A stretch of DNA of 64,000 bases from Veleropilina oligotropha. Its lineage: Eukaryota. The position numbers and the translations under genes were made by a program. The stretch's first letter is position 1. Each line of letters starts with the position of its first letter. Positions 14,759 through 26,299 of the stretch are shown piece by piece. The notes under the pieces are model-generated. The model was not told where the DNA came from. It did not search any database and saw only the letters and a program-made list of their open reading frames with translations. The DNA is taken from assembly GCA_048128005.1 (NCBI GenBank), contig JBEUKZ010000053.1, positions 1 through 64,000 of the forward strand, given 5' to 3'.

Positions 14759-15822
14759 TTATCTGGTCTTAAAATGCCCGAATTTGTGAGATATGACCTG
14801 TCCTAAAGTATTGGCTACTGTCTGTCTATATGCAAGCGAAGGATCAATATATCGTTTATACGCGTCACTACGTCAATCACCCTGTGATTGAATAAGATCT
14901 GGGGCCAGTCCACACTCCAAAGCAAAGGACGCACCCCCCCTACGAAAACTGTGCCCCGAATACTTAGTTGGATCTATACCCATACCCCCTAAGCATTTTG
15001 GTAAGCGCAGTAGAAACGCATCATATGTGAGTAACGTTATGCCGGTCAAGGATCTGTACTGAAAGCTGGACAAATATCCAAAGCGCACGGTGACAACTTG
15101 AATAAGAGCATGAGTGCACGACTTGGGCATAGCGGTGAGTTGACAATGTGAGGCATAGGAACTAATAACACCCGTTCATGATATTGTATGGTTTTCGACC
15201 AATGTACCTCTAATATGGCACCTGATACTCCAAACTTGACATTGTTTCTGCATAAATGCTTACGTGGATCAAAATCTTGCAAAGATGATGGAAGAAGATT
15301 CGACTTACGAAAAAACGAGAAAAATGCCACAAGGCAAACTGCCCAAAAACATACATCCTTCGGCTTATCTAGATCAATACAGGACAATATGCCTAACAAC
15401 AAGTGAGGGGTGATGGGGAGTTTCGACGATGTGGCCTGACCTAGTACTCGCCGTGCCCCCTTAACCACAGTTTGAATATAGTGTGAAGTGAGTGGGTTTC
15501 CATAACCAGCCTCCAAATGCAGCAAACGAACAACGGTCAAATAATTCTTAAGCGAACTAAAGCAAAGGCGGAATGATAAGGATGCAATATATCGACTCAA
15601 TGCAATGTCTGAAATCGGCACTGCAGCCAGGTTGTACTCAGAACAAAACTTCAAGTATGATTGAAGATACACGAGGTAAGTACGTCTAGTGGAATCCGCA
15701 AATGTATTTGCACGAATGTCAGCTACTCTCGAATCCAACTGTTCGACTGGGTGGCCACGACATGTGCCTAGACAAAAGAAAGGAAAGTGTGCCTGAAGAC
15801 ATGTGTGGAACCAACGCATCAA
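14759..15822 (-). pseudogene. Tyrosine recombinase (YR) of the DIRS/Ngaro element; one frameshift (~15060) and one premature stop (14873-14875)
   Basis: SAM-like N-terminus (STRRTY..YLKFC), FFRKSN, CPSRAL, HSFRRGGA and GD*RSDAYKRY, with TGA at the conserved Trp position. Confidence 0.9.
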
Positions 15823-17429
15823 TACACACAGGTTTTGTTATATAATGTGTCCAATAACGAGAAAAATGCATTTTTCTCATGCAAGCGTGATAAGCAGTCG
15901 GCATAAACATTGTGTTTTCCTTTTATATGTCGTGCGGTCAAATGGAAGTTGTATTGGGCTGATAGCCAAAACAAATATCTGAGACATTGCATAACTGTCT
16001 TATTCCTAGATGTACACTTGTTAATGGAAGATACCGTAACTGTATTGTCTGAATATATGTACATACGCTTATTTGCCCAAAGAGGAGCCCAGTAGTGTGC
16101 TGCCAACGCAACTGCTACGATTTCTTTCTCATTAATATGAAACTGCACGGCTTCCGGGTAATCGATCTCCCAATTGCAATGAAACCAACTATCGCCCCAA
16201 TGCCCCCCAGCTCCTGCTAAACAGGCATCTGTGTAGATGGCCGATACTGGGGTGCTCTCCAGCAGGAGAGACTTGCCATTAAAATGTGGCATAAAGGCCT
16301 GCCACCATTGGATGTCGTGAGACATATCTGCATTGATACGAATTTTATGGGAAGCATGCTGCAATGAATTCATAGCATTTATCAGTCGTCGAAGAAATAC
16401 TCTCCCGCCATAAACAACCGAAGACGCCCAATTCAACTTCCCAACTAAGGATTGTAACTGTTTTTTCGTAGCGCGCTTACGATTAGTAAACCTTAGAAGT
16501 TCGGATTTAATTGCCTTAAGCTTCTCGCCTGGAAGCCGCAGCTGCATAGCCGCTGAACTAATTTCTATGCCAAGAAATGTAAGTGTTTGTGTTGGATCAA
16601 CCACTTTCTGCCAATTTATAAGGAAGCCTAGTTTCCTTAATAAAACTACCAACGCCTTAAGGGTTCTCCCACAAAGTTCTTTTGTGGCCTCGCACAAAAA
16701 GAAATCGTCTATGTAAGCAACAATGTTAGGGAAACCCATACGAGACATAATGCGCACGACAGCTTGGGAGAGACGATGAAAAATACCTGGAGCTAATTTA
16801 CTACCAAACGGTAATTTTTGATCATAAAAATACTTAACCTGGCCTTCAGGAAATTGCCACTTGATACCTGTAAATCGTTGACTATGTGGGCTTATTTTTA
16901 CAACGCGATATGCTGATTTTAAATCCAGCTTGGCCATATAATGGTTAGCCTCGATTAATTTAGCTGCAGTGTCAACAGAACTGAAACGCTGTTTTTCCAT
17001 ATTGGTTACATAATCATTAACAGCAAATCCTTCGGGTCTACTGCAGTCATGAATTATTCTAACTCCGCCATCTGGCTTTGGAATTACCCCTAGGGGGCTG
17101 ATGATATGTGGGGGGCTGGACACTTCAACATAATTACCATTATCAATTTCGTTTAAGATTTGTTGCGTGGCTTTAGCATATAGGGGGCCGGATGGTTTCG
17201 CGGATGGGTGGTTATCCATATGGACCCCCACCGGAATGGAGGAAGCGTCAACTATATCAAATCCATTTTTTATTCCGTGCAAGATAAATTCTTTGTCAAT
17301 ATCATCCCTAAGTTCTTCCTCCCAAGCTGTCCAATTTAAGCATGATGTGGGTTTCCCTACTGGTGGTTTTTTGTCAGAGTTGTGTGATTGTTGCTCGAAT
17401 GCGTTGCAAAGCACCCTGGGATTGCACAC
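15819..17429 (-). CDS. Reverse transcriptase-RNase H of the DIRS/Ngaro element
   Basis: Open 536-aa frame with PKPDGGVRIIHD, LDLKSAY, LPFG, YIDDF and FLGI; RNase H motifs YTDA..G, HINEKE, SDN, ADCLSR. Confidence 0.93.
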   Translation of the reverse strand: MCNPRVLCNAFEQQSHNSDKKPPVGKPTSCLNWTAWEEELRDDIDKEFILHGIKNGFDIVDASSIPVGVHMDNHPSAKPSGPLYAKATQQILNEIDNGNYVEVSSPPHIISPLGVIPKPDGGVRIIHDCSRPEGFAVNDYVTNMEKQRFSSVDTAAKLIEANHYMAKLDLKSAYRVVKISPHSQRFTGIKWQFPEGQVKYFYDQKLPFGSKLAPGIFHRLSQAVVRIMSRMGFPNIVAYIDDFFLCEATKELCGRTLKALVVLLRKLGFLINWQKVVDPTQTLTFLGIEISSAAMQLRLPGEKLKAIKSELLRFTNRKRATKKQLQSLVGKLNWASSVVYGGRVFLRRLINAMNSLQHASHKIRINADMSHDIQWWQAFMPHFNGKSLLLESTPVSAIYTDACLAGAGGHWGDSWFHCNWEIDYPEAVQFHINEKEIVAVALAAHYWAPLWANKRMYIYSDNTVTVSSINKCTSRNKTVMQCLRYLFWLSAQYNFHLTARHIKGKHNVYADCLSRLHEKNAFFSLLDTLYNKTCVY

Positions 17430-18517
17430 ACATGTTCAAATTTGCAGAACTTCATAAGACAACCAGCTCGAGAGTTGAACCTCCTGCATATCTCATTGCC
17501 ACTGGCCGCATGTGATGCAAATTGTGAGATGCCATTCCCCCTGTGACCCTGTTGGGGAGGTGCCCGTCTCTTAAAAGGGGTCATCACGGGTGTCTGCGAG
17601 GTACTTCGTAGACGGAGATATTCGTCTGTCAAATGTGCTACAGACGTGCCCCACCTAAATTTATGAATATGTTGCAATCGTCTGTACTCTCTGACATACA
17701 GAAACACGGAGAGGATATCGTAACTCGACACCAGTCGATATATACGTGACGTGTGCGACAGGTAATCAAATATTTGCGAGTGTGGCAGTGTGTTTTCGTC
17801 GACAAGCTTATGCAAAATTGCTAAATTTGCGGTGGACCACTGGCTTAAAGTAACATTTTCTAACTTTACTTTATTTGGGCCTGCTCTACAGATTAACTGG
17901 AATTCGGAACCGTTAGAAATAATGGTTTCTGAAGGATGTGCCCCCTTTACATTAACAAAATCTACTATGTCAAAATGAGTGGGTTGAGCGGAAGGCGCAA
18001 GCGACTTTAAATGAACCTGCGGATCTTGCCAAGAGTACCCACCTTGTAAATTCGGAGATGACACATCAACAGCAACTACAGGTGCATTAGCCACAGGTGC
18101 ATTAGCCACAGGTGCAGCGCCAGCCGCGCTGGTGCCGTTTTGTGAATGTCTAAGCTGCTGGAGCACTTCGCGCACAAATAAGTCGTCACTCGATTCACCT
18201 TCGTTGGCGGGCGGGATCTCCCTCGCTGCAGCAGGTCGATCTGCGATCGTAGACGGGCTAGTCTCTGCATTCGATTTTGCCGCTTGGTGAATCTGTGGCG
18301 GATTCTGCGCATTAAACGTTTTCTCGACCGATCGTATGATGAGCTTTAATTGCCCAATCGGCAGCTTCGCTTTGACAATATCCTCCTGCGCTAAACAGGC
18401 CAAAGCTTCCATGGAGTCGAATCCGAGGGCTAGCAAACACCTGACGGAATCTTCCGAAATTTTGTGCTCTGCCGCCCATTCCGTCACTTTAACAATGTCC
18501 TCGCGCAAGTCGGCCAT
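17357..18517 (-). CDS. Gag-like ORF1 of the DIRS/Ngaro element (probable start MADLRED)
   Basis: C-terminal Cys/His knuckle CRRFNSRAGCLMKFCKFEHVC..C...H and Y.REYRR...W motif. Overlaps the RT ORF. Confidence 0.8.
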   Translation of the reverse strand: MADLREDIVKVTEWAAEHKISEDSVRCLLALGFDSMEALACLAQEDIVKAKLPIGQLKLIIRSVEKTFNAQNPPQIHQAAKSNAETSPSTIADRPAAAREIPPANEGESSDDLFVREVLQQLRHSQNGTSAAGAAPVANAPVANAPVVAVDVSSPNLQGGYSWQDPQVHLKSLAPSAQPTHFDIVDFVNVKGAHPSETIISNGSEFQLICRAGPNKVKLENVTLSQWSTANLAILHKLVDENTLPHSQIFDYLSHTSRIYRLVSSYDILSVFLYVREYRRLQHIHKFRWGTSVAHLTDEYLRLRSTSQTPVMTPFKRRAPPQQGHRGNGISQFASHAASGNEICRRFNSRAGCLMKFCKFEHVCAIPGCFATHSSNNHTTLTKNHQ

Positions 18518-20353
18518 GTTGTAAGACGAATTTTCTTCGTACGAAATTATTAACTCGCGCGAGACAGGGAAACGCAACACAATTCTTTGACATCTGGGTC
18601 GCAAAAGTAGCACGAGTCGCAAATTGCGGCACAGTCCATTGACACAGCTAATAAAGCTTCGGCAATTCCAGCGGACTCTTCCATAATGGCGGACAGGCGA
18701 ACGACGTCATATTCCGCAAAGACATACCACGCTGGAATATTGAAATATATCTTCACACGTTGCGTTATCGAAGTCATGATGTAGCCGCGATTCCTAAACG
18801 GTGTACATAGTATAAAGATATCGCTTTATAACTATAAGTTACCAATGGAATTAACTTTTGCAAAAAGGAACAAGCTAAGTAAAAGCGCGGCGTATAAATT
18901 GATCTGCTTCGTTTGAAAAACGTGAGAAACTCTGCTGTGGCACGAATTGCGCGCCTTAATAAATCCTGTTCCCTGGGGATATTATTGGCCAATGCCAAGG
19001 CAACCGTGTCATGTGACATGGACAGAGAGCTGCTCGACTCGTGTGCGTGCACTCGCCCAGAACGGTAAACAATGAAAACTTGCCAGAAGTCGATTACACA
19101 ATGCAGGTCACTGACTGGTCTTAAATATGTGCACCTTAACTCGAGGTGATGTAATCGATGGTCTATATAGCAAGACAGCTTAATTTATTACATACAGCAT
19201 ACTATCAGCATGTTATATCAGAATATGCATGAACATAATAAACAATGCTATATATAATAAATTATTGCTTCCACATAATGATATTAATAACTCATTAACC
19301 TTATTAATGTTTACTTTCCTGTCCCAAAATAGCTATTTTTAGCGTTTTTTTCACATCAGTTGTCTTTCGTTTGCTATAGGGTCGTCATTATGCAATATAT
19401 TTCAACATGGGTGGGTTAAAATCATAGCAGGATGTCTAATCAAACAGATTTATGTGTTAAAGATACAATTTAGGCTTGTTTTGGGCCCACGAAAGGGCGT
19501 TTTTAACGATTTTCGGCAAGGTAAAAAGCTGGTGACCTTTTGACCTTTGGTGACCTCATTACTGAAATAATTTCCATATAACACCTATCATTGTAAAAAG
19601 CTCTCCAAGACCAACAGTTTGAGGGGTCACATGATCGATTATCTTTTAAACAACGGTTCTAGAGGACTTTTTGTCTTCCTTACCCCCAATTTTATGGCAT
19701 TTTTTAATTTAGAACTCCCAACACAAAAGGGTTAATACAGAATATTGCTCAAGGGTGACGGGCGGTCATCCACCTAAAAATTAGAGCCTACCACCTAGTC
19801 TACCAGAAACTGCAAAGAAAAAAACTTTAACTCTCGGTGCAGGGTATGACCCCTCGGCACCCGGACTATTACGCATAATACATATAGACTGGTTAATGGA
19901 GTACATGGAGGTGTTGTAATTAAAATAAAATATATATATCGAAAATATTATTTGCATATAAAATACATTATGACTGCTTCCCTGTTGTTTTTCGCGAAAA
20001 TTCAAGGTTCCATGAAATCGCCTTATTTACTAGTATCACGCAAATTATGTACAACTTAAACATAATATAGAATGATGTTTTCGGTGCTATCACACATAAA
20101 TCTTTATTAAACATACATTTTCTGTACAATAACAAATAATTACCTATTTGTTAGTTTTGCACCGCACAAATCAAAACATTTAACAATATAAAGGGAGATA
20201 ACTCTGTACCCAAATTTATTTCGAAATTGGCCAAAATTCAATGACCACCCTAGGTCACCAGGGGTCGAATTGAAGATGGCTCCACATCTGAAATCATTTT
20301 ATATGATATCTAGAACTACTGTGAAAAGTTTCATGCTTTTTACAAAAAGTGCA

Positions 20354-20622
20354 GGCCGCTTCGGCAGCGCAGTGGGTGAGAGTGTCCACTCTAAATTAGT
20401 GGGTTCAAAACCTGGCTGCGGCATTGACATTTGTTCAACTTATGAATCACAGTTGTCCGCGACTGGCCGAAGAAGGCGGGTTTACCCGGGTGACCGGGGT
20501 TTCCTCCCGCGATAACACGGACATCCTGCCTTGAACCTCGATGTTGTAAATATACAGGATATTAAGCATCATTCCTCCCTCCATCCCTCCCCCCCTCCCT
20601 CCCTTCCTCCATCCCTCCCTCA
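20354..20622 (+). mobile_element. tRNA-derived SINE with V-domain-like core, inserted in the right TIR of Academ A
   Basis: A-box-like GCAGCGCAGTGG, B-box GGTTCAAAACC, core GGGTTTACCCGGGTGACCGGGGTTTCCTCCC, (CCT/TCCC)n tail. AAGTGCA is duplicated on both sides. Confidence 0.8.
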
Positions 20623-20728
20623 ATAAGTGCACAATAATATTGCTCATCAGCTGTACTGATATGTAATGACTCATTATTCTGAGATTATGTGAATAATATA
20701 GGGACTAATGATGCCAAATACATTTCAG

Positions 20729-20797
20729 AAACAACCCCGAAGAGAATTACGCAAGCTACGGAATTGCCGTCGCCCCAGATGCTAAACGATAGTCCAG
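20729..20797 (+). CDS. Host receptor exon: Thr/Pro stalk
   Basis: Acceptor catttcag, donor CCAG|gtacga, phase 1-1. Translation ETTPKRITQATELPSPQMLNDSP. Confidence 0.55.
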
Positions 20798-21292
20798 GTA
20801 CGATGAAATACTACCAAAATACAGTTTGTACAGCACATATGATGATCAAATGTTAAGGACGTCATCATGGTTTTCTTGTCTTAAACCTACTTATAACAGT
20901 TACAATAATCTCTCTCGCTCTATCATTGTAACGCACCGGGAGATAACTCTAGTAATAATCAATAGTGTATAACAGTACTGAATAGAAATTAATGGTTTTA
21001 ATAAAGTTTATTCGGGTACCTGAAACCAAGGAATGCGGTATATTTTGGTCAGATATCTCTTTACAATATTACCGATATGCATGAAATACATCCCATCGAA
21101 GAATGTGTAGTCTACACATATCATTTCCACAGTCACCATAACGGTACGTAAACATTTCTTCTTCCTATTTGTAATTGATAGTTGTTTGCAGGATCGATAG
21201 GTTTTCGTCGTATCATTTTGTATAATATACAGTCATGGTACACAATGATATTTCGGCGAATGCAATGATTCCCGATTCGTGATGTATTGCAG

Positions 21293-21374
21293 GGCGCGGG
21301 GCTATTATAGGCGGGGCATTCGGTGGAATTCTCTTCCTTCTGGCTGCTGCGATCCTCGTGGTTTTAATCTTAAG
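21293..21374 (+). CDS. Host receptor exon: transmembrane helix
   Basis: Acceptor gtattgcag, donor TAAG|gtaaga, phase 1-2. Translation GRGAIIGGAFGGILFLLAAAILVVLILR. Confidence 0.75.
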
Positions 21375-21609
21375 GTAAGATTATAATTTGTTAGGTGTTT
21401 GTATTTATGACAACGACCACGCGCATGCATTAAATAAATAGAGAGCGTGTTTGTAGATTGCTGGGTGTCGATCACGCCAGAACTGATCGATCACGTCAGA
21501 ACCATTTTGCCTTGCCATTTTGCACATGTATCCATTACGTCACTATGAAGGCTATCCGGAGGAAATAGTCGATAATATATTATGTCCCTAAACTATGCAA
21601 TACTATAAG

Positions 21610-22026
21610 TTGTCGGACAACGTCGCGGTGAATACGGTGGATTGAATACCGAATACAGTTAAACAACGAGGCGCTAGCCGAGTGGTTTAACGTTTTGAGG
21701 TATTCAATCCAACGTATTTACCAAGACGTTCGACAACGTATTTATCTTGATTTAAATTTGATTTATTACCGTGAGGCTTGATTAATAGAGTCCAGATTTG
21801 GTTCGTTCATAACACAAGTTTGTTGTGATGACAGCCATTTGCAAAGAAACGACAGTTTCAGTAACGCCGAGTTATTTCCCCTGGCGGCCAGTTAGCCAAT
21901 CAGAACAGAGCATTGGCGTCACCGTTGTTTAAGAATCCATAACCAACGGCTGGCCGGTGTATACGGTCAGATAAAAAATGACGTCAGCCAATCAGAACAG
22001 AGAATTCGCGGCGAAATCAAGATAAT
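21610..22026. mobile_element. Non-autonomous hairpin-headed element
   Basis: Palindrome centred on CGAGGCGCTAGCCGAG. TTATCTTGATTT after the hairpin pairs with AAATCAAGATAA at ~22014-22025. Confidence 0.5.
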
Positions 22027-23022
22027 GTATGTTGTAAAACTGGTTTCAATGTTAAAATATAACCAGCATCTTGTGCAAAGTCTGATGTGCGTATTTACGA
22101 CAAACTTTGGTCCATGCCAAAACGAAACAATGAAAAAATATTGTAATATTATAACATGTAATATCATATAGTGCCTATAAAGTATTGTTACATTGGCTCG
22201 TGTACTTTCCTATAACTACACACCCAATAACATTACATATATCAATTGACATAACTAGAAATTATGATGACATTGCTGTGATGGTATGAGCCTTCGGTAT
22301 GTTGATTAAATAAACAATAAAATACCACCGACACGATAAAGTCATATATTTGTCAACGAAGACATTAACAGTTCTATTAAAATGACATATATTTCCTGAA
22401 TCAATGGCATATGATTGTAACTGAGCTGCCGCAATATATCATTTGTAGACCAAGGGAGAGAACTATGATATTCTGAATCTTAAATCGTGGTTCCGACGAC
22501 AAACACGGATTAAAAATTGTTAATATATTGCCTTGAAATAAACTGAATCAAATCAAATCATAATCAAACATAATTCTAATATCGGAGCATTTGATCGTGA
22601 CAATACGGAGCATACATAGGTCCAGGTTTCCACCCTGGGTGCCGTGAATATATGCTCCGTTGATCTGGTCATATTAACCTCGATTGGCAACGCGACTTTG
22701 CGTCAGTTTATCCAGTCAGTTTTGCATTGGTCGATTGGATGGGGTCGATGCTTAATATCCTGTATATACACACCATGGGCAAAATTTTGTGAACAATAGG
22801 CCTCCTAGTGTTAATTGACCCTTTGTTCCGAGACAGGGTTAGGGTTAACCCTTAACTCGTCTAGATGGCCAGACTAAATTTAGAGACAAAGGATAGGCAA
22901 CTCGCCAAGTCGATTTTCTCATATCAAGCTCTAGAGGCGTTATAGAGGCGATATGGTAAGCAATTGAATGTTTTAAGGGGTTACAGCTTGCAATTTACAA
23001 TAGATTTTCACAGTGTGTATAA

Positions 23023-23582
23023 AGCTGGGTGCACACTGGGCGATTTTCTGAGACGCGACGATGAAAAACTGAAACATTTCATCGCGTCGCTGAATGTGTT
23101 GTGGTCGTCGCTCAATAAAACTCGTCGCTGGTCGTCGCTGCGACAGAATCGCCAAGACTTGCATGTCAAGTCTTCAGGATTTTTAATCGCAACGATTTAT
23201 GAAAATCGCCAGTGTGCACTAACCTGCGACTGTAGACGAATCGTTTTAGTCAATGCGCGCATGCCCATTAAATAAGTAGACCAAGGTTATATAACCGGAA
23301 GTGCGTGTACATCATGGACGAAGATGAGTATTCGATGGATATTTTGTACATGCAAAGATTATCATAAATCGGCGGCGTAGAGAAAGAAAAAAAGCTGAGA
23401 AACGATCAATTACGAGAAGTGTATGGCTTTGACAGCGAGTGTTTACACCACGTGACTGCACATCTCACCGACTCGTCGCGCAGTGTGCATTGAATGGAAA
23501 TTGCGACGCGAACGGACTGCGACGCAAGTGAAACGCGACGTCTTTGAAAATCGTGGTACAATCGCCCAGTGTGCACCCAGCT
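23023..23582. mobile_element. MITE, PIF/Harbinger-like
   Basis: Perfect TIR AGCTGGGTGCACACTGGGCGATT, flanked by TAA/TTA. Splits a repeat whose uninterrupted copy is at 5045-5210. Confidence 0.75.
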
Positions 23583-23699
23583 TTAGAGATAATACAGCTG
23601 CCACCCCTCGGCGTTATAAGCCAAACAGCCTCGCTGTGGCTCGGTCTGTTAATGACTTAATACGCTCATGATGACAGTGTATTATCTATTACATAACAC

Positions 23700-24290
23700 C
23701 CTTTAGGTCCAAGGCGGAATAGACATGATTGTATTTATACAACATTTACTGCTCAAATACAATAATCTCTATAAAAATGACATCTTTTTAAGTTGGATAT
23801 CCAGCTATATTGGCATCGAAGGCAATGAAAAGCCTGATAAATCAGAAAAGTCAGTTTTACAAATTAAACAACGTATAAATTTCAAAACTCCGTATTCAGA
23901 TTTTAAGTACCATATAAATAAATACCTTCAAACTATATGTCAATGTTGTTGGGATGATCGCATGGAGAATAAACTGCAGAATGTCCAGAATCTTCTTGAT
24001 GAGTGAGGTACTCTTAAAGATCCCTGCGCCGTGAAGAGGTCGTCTTGACTAGATCGAGAATTGGGCTTTCCAACTATACTCACTCCTACTTGCTTAAAGG
24101 GGAGCCACCACCTGAGGGTAGCAAATATATATTTATACTCATTTCACTGTATGTTTCATATGCAAAAAGTAAATACTGTTTCTAATATACGTGTACCTAG
24201 TAATTTTAACCTATTAATTCACTTGACCCGAATCCGATTATGACTGAAATATTGTTGACTTGGTCGTTAAACACTAATTCAATTGAATTC
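23700..24290 (+). pseudogene. 3' remnant of an RNase H-containing LINE (I/Nimb-like)
   Basis: Fragments WISSYIGIEGNEKPDK, REEVVLTRSRIG and THSYLLKGEPPP. 3' tail CCGATTATGACTGAAATATTG...TTAAACA. Confidence 0.65.
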
Positions 24291-25015
24291 AACTGTCCTG
24301 CATTTTGAGAATCCAAACGTGGTATTTTTTTACCAACATTTATGAGCCACTTTCATTAAGTTGGATGGGTATTTACAGAACGTTGCGTAATTATTTCATA
24401 ACCCGTCCCTAGATCCTTACCATTTTGAAAAGGGGTAGGATCAAACTGTTACAATTTGTTATGAATTGTCCCCGTGTGTCCCCTCCCTCCCCGTGCAGAG
24501 GAAAATTTGGACAATTAGCTGTGTGAAGCTCTCCTGCATTCTGAGAGTGCAAACGTGATGCTTCTTACCACCAACATTTACGAATCACTATCAACATATG
24601 GATATCACAAGTTGTGTAATTTCCTCATAATATAACATTTTTTTCATGACCCGCCCCTAAAGCAGAAGATAAATTTTTTGACACTTAATGGTGTGAAATC
24701 CCTCTCCTGGATTCTGAGAGTGCAAACCAAACGTAATTTTAGGCAACCTTTATTAATCATTTTCACCAAAGTAATACATAACACTTTTTTGTCATGGCTC
24801 AGCCCTAAGGCCAGTGTCATATTGAAAGGGGGAATATTAGGGTCAAACATTCACAACATATGATCAATTGTTCGCGTGTGGTTGGGGCCCCACGCTGAGA
24901 AAAAAATTGATAATTAATTGTAAAACACCCTCTCCTGCATTCTATGTATTACAATATGTTGTGTAATTTATTCATGACCTATCCCCAAACACTGTGTTTC
25001 ATGACCCACCCCTGG
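24290..25015 (+). repeat. TTTTCATGACCCACCC repeat family (same as 8000-9060)
   Basis: Shared units CTCTCCTGCATTCTGAGAG and TTCATGACCC. Confidence 0.6.
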
Positions 25016-25368
25016 GTGACTATTTTCATTGGTCGAAGCAGTCAAATTTTCTGGAGTTTACAAGTCATATTGTGCCTCGGTTAACGTAGTCATATTTGCC
25101 CCTCGCTTGACTCAGTCGAATGTTCCTCATTTGCCCCAGATCTAGACTCAACCAAAAAAGAAATGCGCAACCCACTTTTACATAAATTCAATAGTAGGTT
25201 AACAATTTGCGAACATTTAATGCAACAAAACGTTTCTCAGACATTAAATTTATTTTCTTCATTAATGCATTAAATGAAAGATAATTATTCCCTGTCAAAC
25301 AAGTTTGCGGGTCATATTAAAATGCGGACCGTCTGGGTGTCCGTGCAAATTATCTTTTCCATAGCGTA

Positions 25369-25583
25369 GAGTGAATGTGCCAGTATCGACCACCTAAAGT
25401 AATCGGTCACTTCGACTTGTTTCTTTAATAATAAATATCATATGAATACCAGTTGCATATTTTTAGAAACTATAACTTAGTTTCTACGACTACTTTTATT
25501 CCAATGATATGTATGTTATTTATTATTAACGAAACAAGTCAATGGCCGATTACTGACGGTGGCCGATAACTGTCACATTCACC
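25369..25583. mobile_element. Small MITE with ~50-bp imperfect TIRs
   Basis: GTGAATGTGCCAGTATCGACCACC..GTAATCGGTCAC..GACTTGTTTC pairs with GAAACAAGTC..GGCCGATTAC..GGTGGCCGATAACTGTCACATTCAC. Confidence 0.6.
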
Positions 25584-26299
25584 TTATCTTATAAACCGCT
25601 CAACACATCTCTTGAAATTTGGTGCTGTATTAAGCAGTTGGTGAACTAGTGCATTTTGCTAATTTTAATGTTATGTGGCCATTATTGATTTTTTGCCCCT
25701 GTTATTATTTAAAACAAGCATAATATTCTTATTCCAGTGTATCTGCACGACATTAAGTATATATACTGATTGTGAATGTACCATTTCGTAGGATATTGTT
25801 GACTTTGTCTTCTTGATCGTTAATGGAGAAAGAAAGTTTGTGTTTGAGAAATGTCTTCTTGCATTACATTTCCACAAATTGTAGCCTCTAACGAAATTAT
25901 ATAAAAGTGGGCGTGCGTTTAATTTTTTCGTTGAGTATATTTTCCTCGTTTGACCCGGGCAAATGTGCTTCATTTGATCCAGAGATGTTTGCTTCTGATG
26001 ACCCTGTCAAATTTGCCTCCGTTGAATCATCCAATCTGACTGGATAGTTGATGTCCATTTTTACACCTTTCAGTGCGATACCAAGACATGTTCATATAAT
26101 TTTGGGAAGAAAGTCCACCCACATCGATCAGTTATGGACAACAGTCAAGGATTTGAACCCACTCCTGGTGTTTACCAGCGTAAAGCCTTTCTTGAGATGA
26201 AATCAAGTTGAGCATGACAGGATTTACACTTGACAGTGTTAACTCAATCCCCATGCGTAGATAAATAACTACATTGATATTATATTAATTTTGTTACAG

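Larger units (their letters stand above)
13913..19310 (-). mobile_element. DIRS-order (Ngaro-like) tyrosine-recombinase retrotransposon inserted in Academ B; ends approximate
   Basis: Overlapping gag, RT-RNaseH and YR ORFs on the - strand, with no methyltransferase. Academ coding sequence stops abruptly at ~13912. Confidence 0.85.
10306..19868 (+). mobile_element. Academ DNA transposon B (AcademX-type), nested in Academ A
   Basis: ~560-bp TIRs (10306-~10868 and ~19315-19868), termini TAGTCCGGG...CCCGGACTA, TTA on both flanks (3-bp TSD). Contains transposase plus PIN/XPG remnants. Confidence 0.85.
5680..20658 (-). mobile_element. Academ DNA transposon A (outer, decayed), carrying nested insertions
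   Basis: Left end TAGTACAGCTG at 5680; right end CAGCTGTACTG at 20648-20658; ATA on both flanks (3-bp TSD). TIR similarity between 5717-5820 and 20235-20353. The right TIR is split by a SINE. Transposase remnants lie on the - strand. Confidence 0.75.

Noticed and set aside
21133..21143. Micro-exon (cag|TCACCATAACG|gtacgt) in the receptor gene
   Set aside because: 11 nt would break the phase-1 join to the TM exon; unsupported without transcripts.
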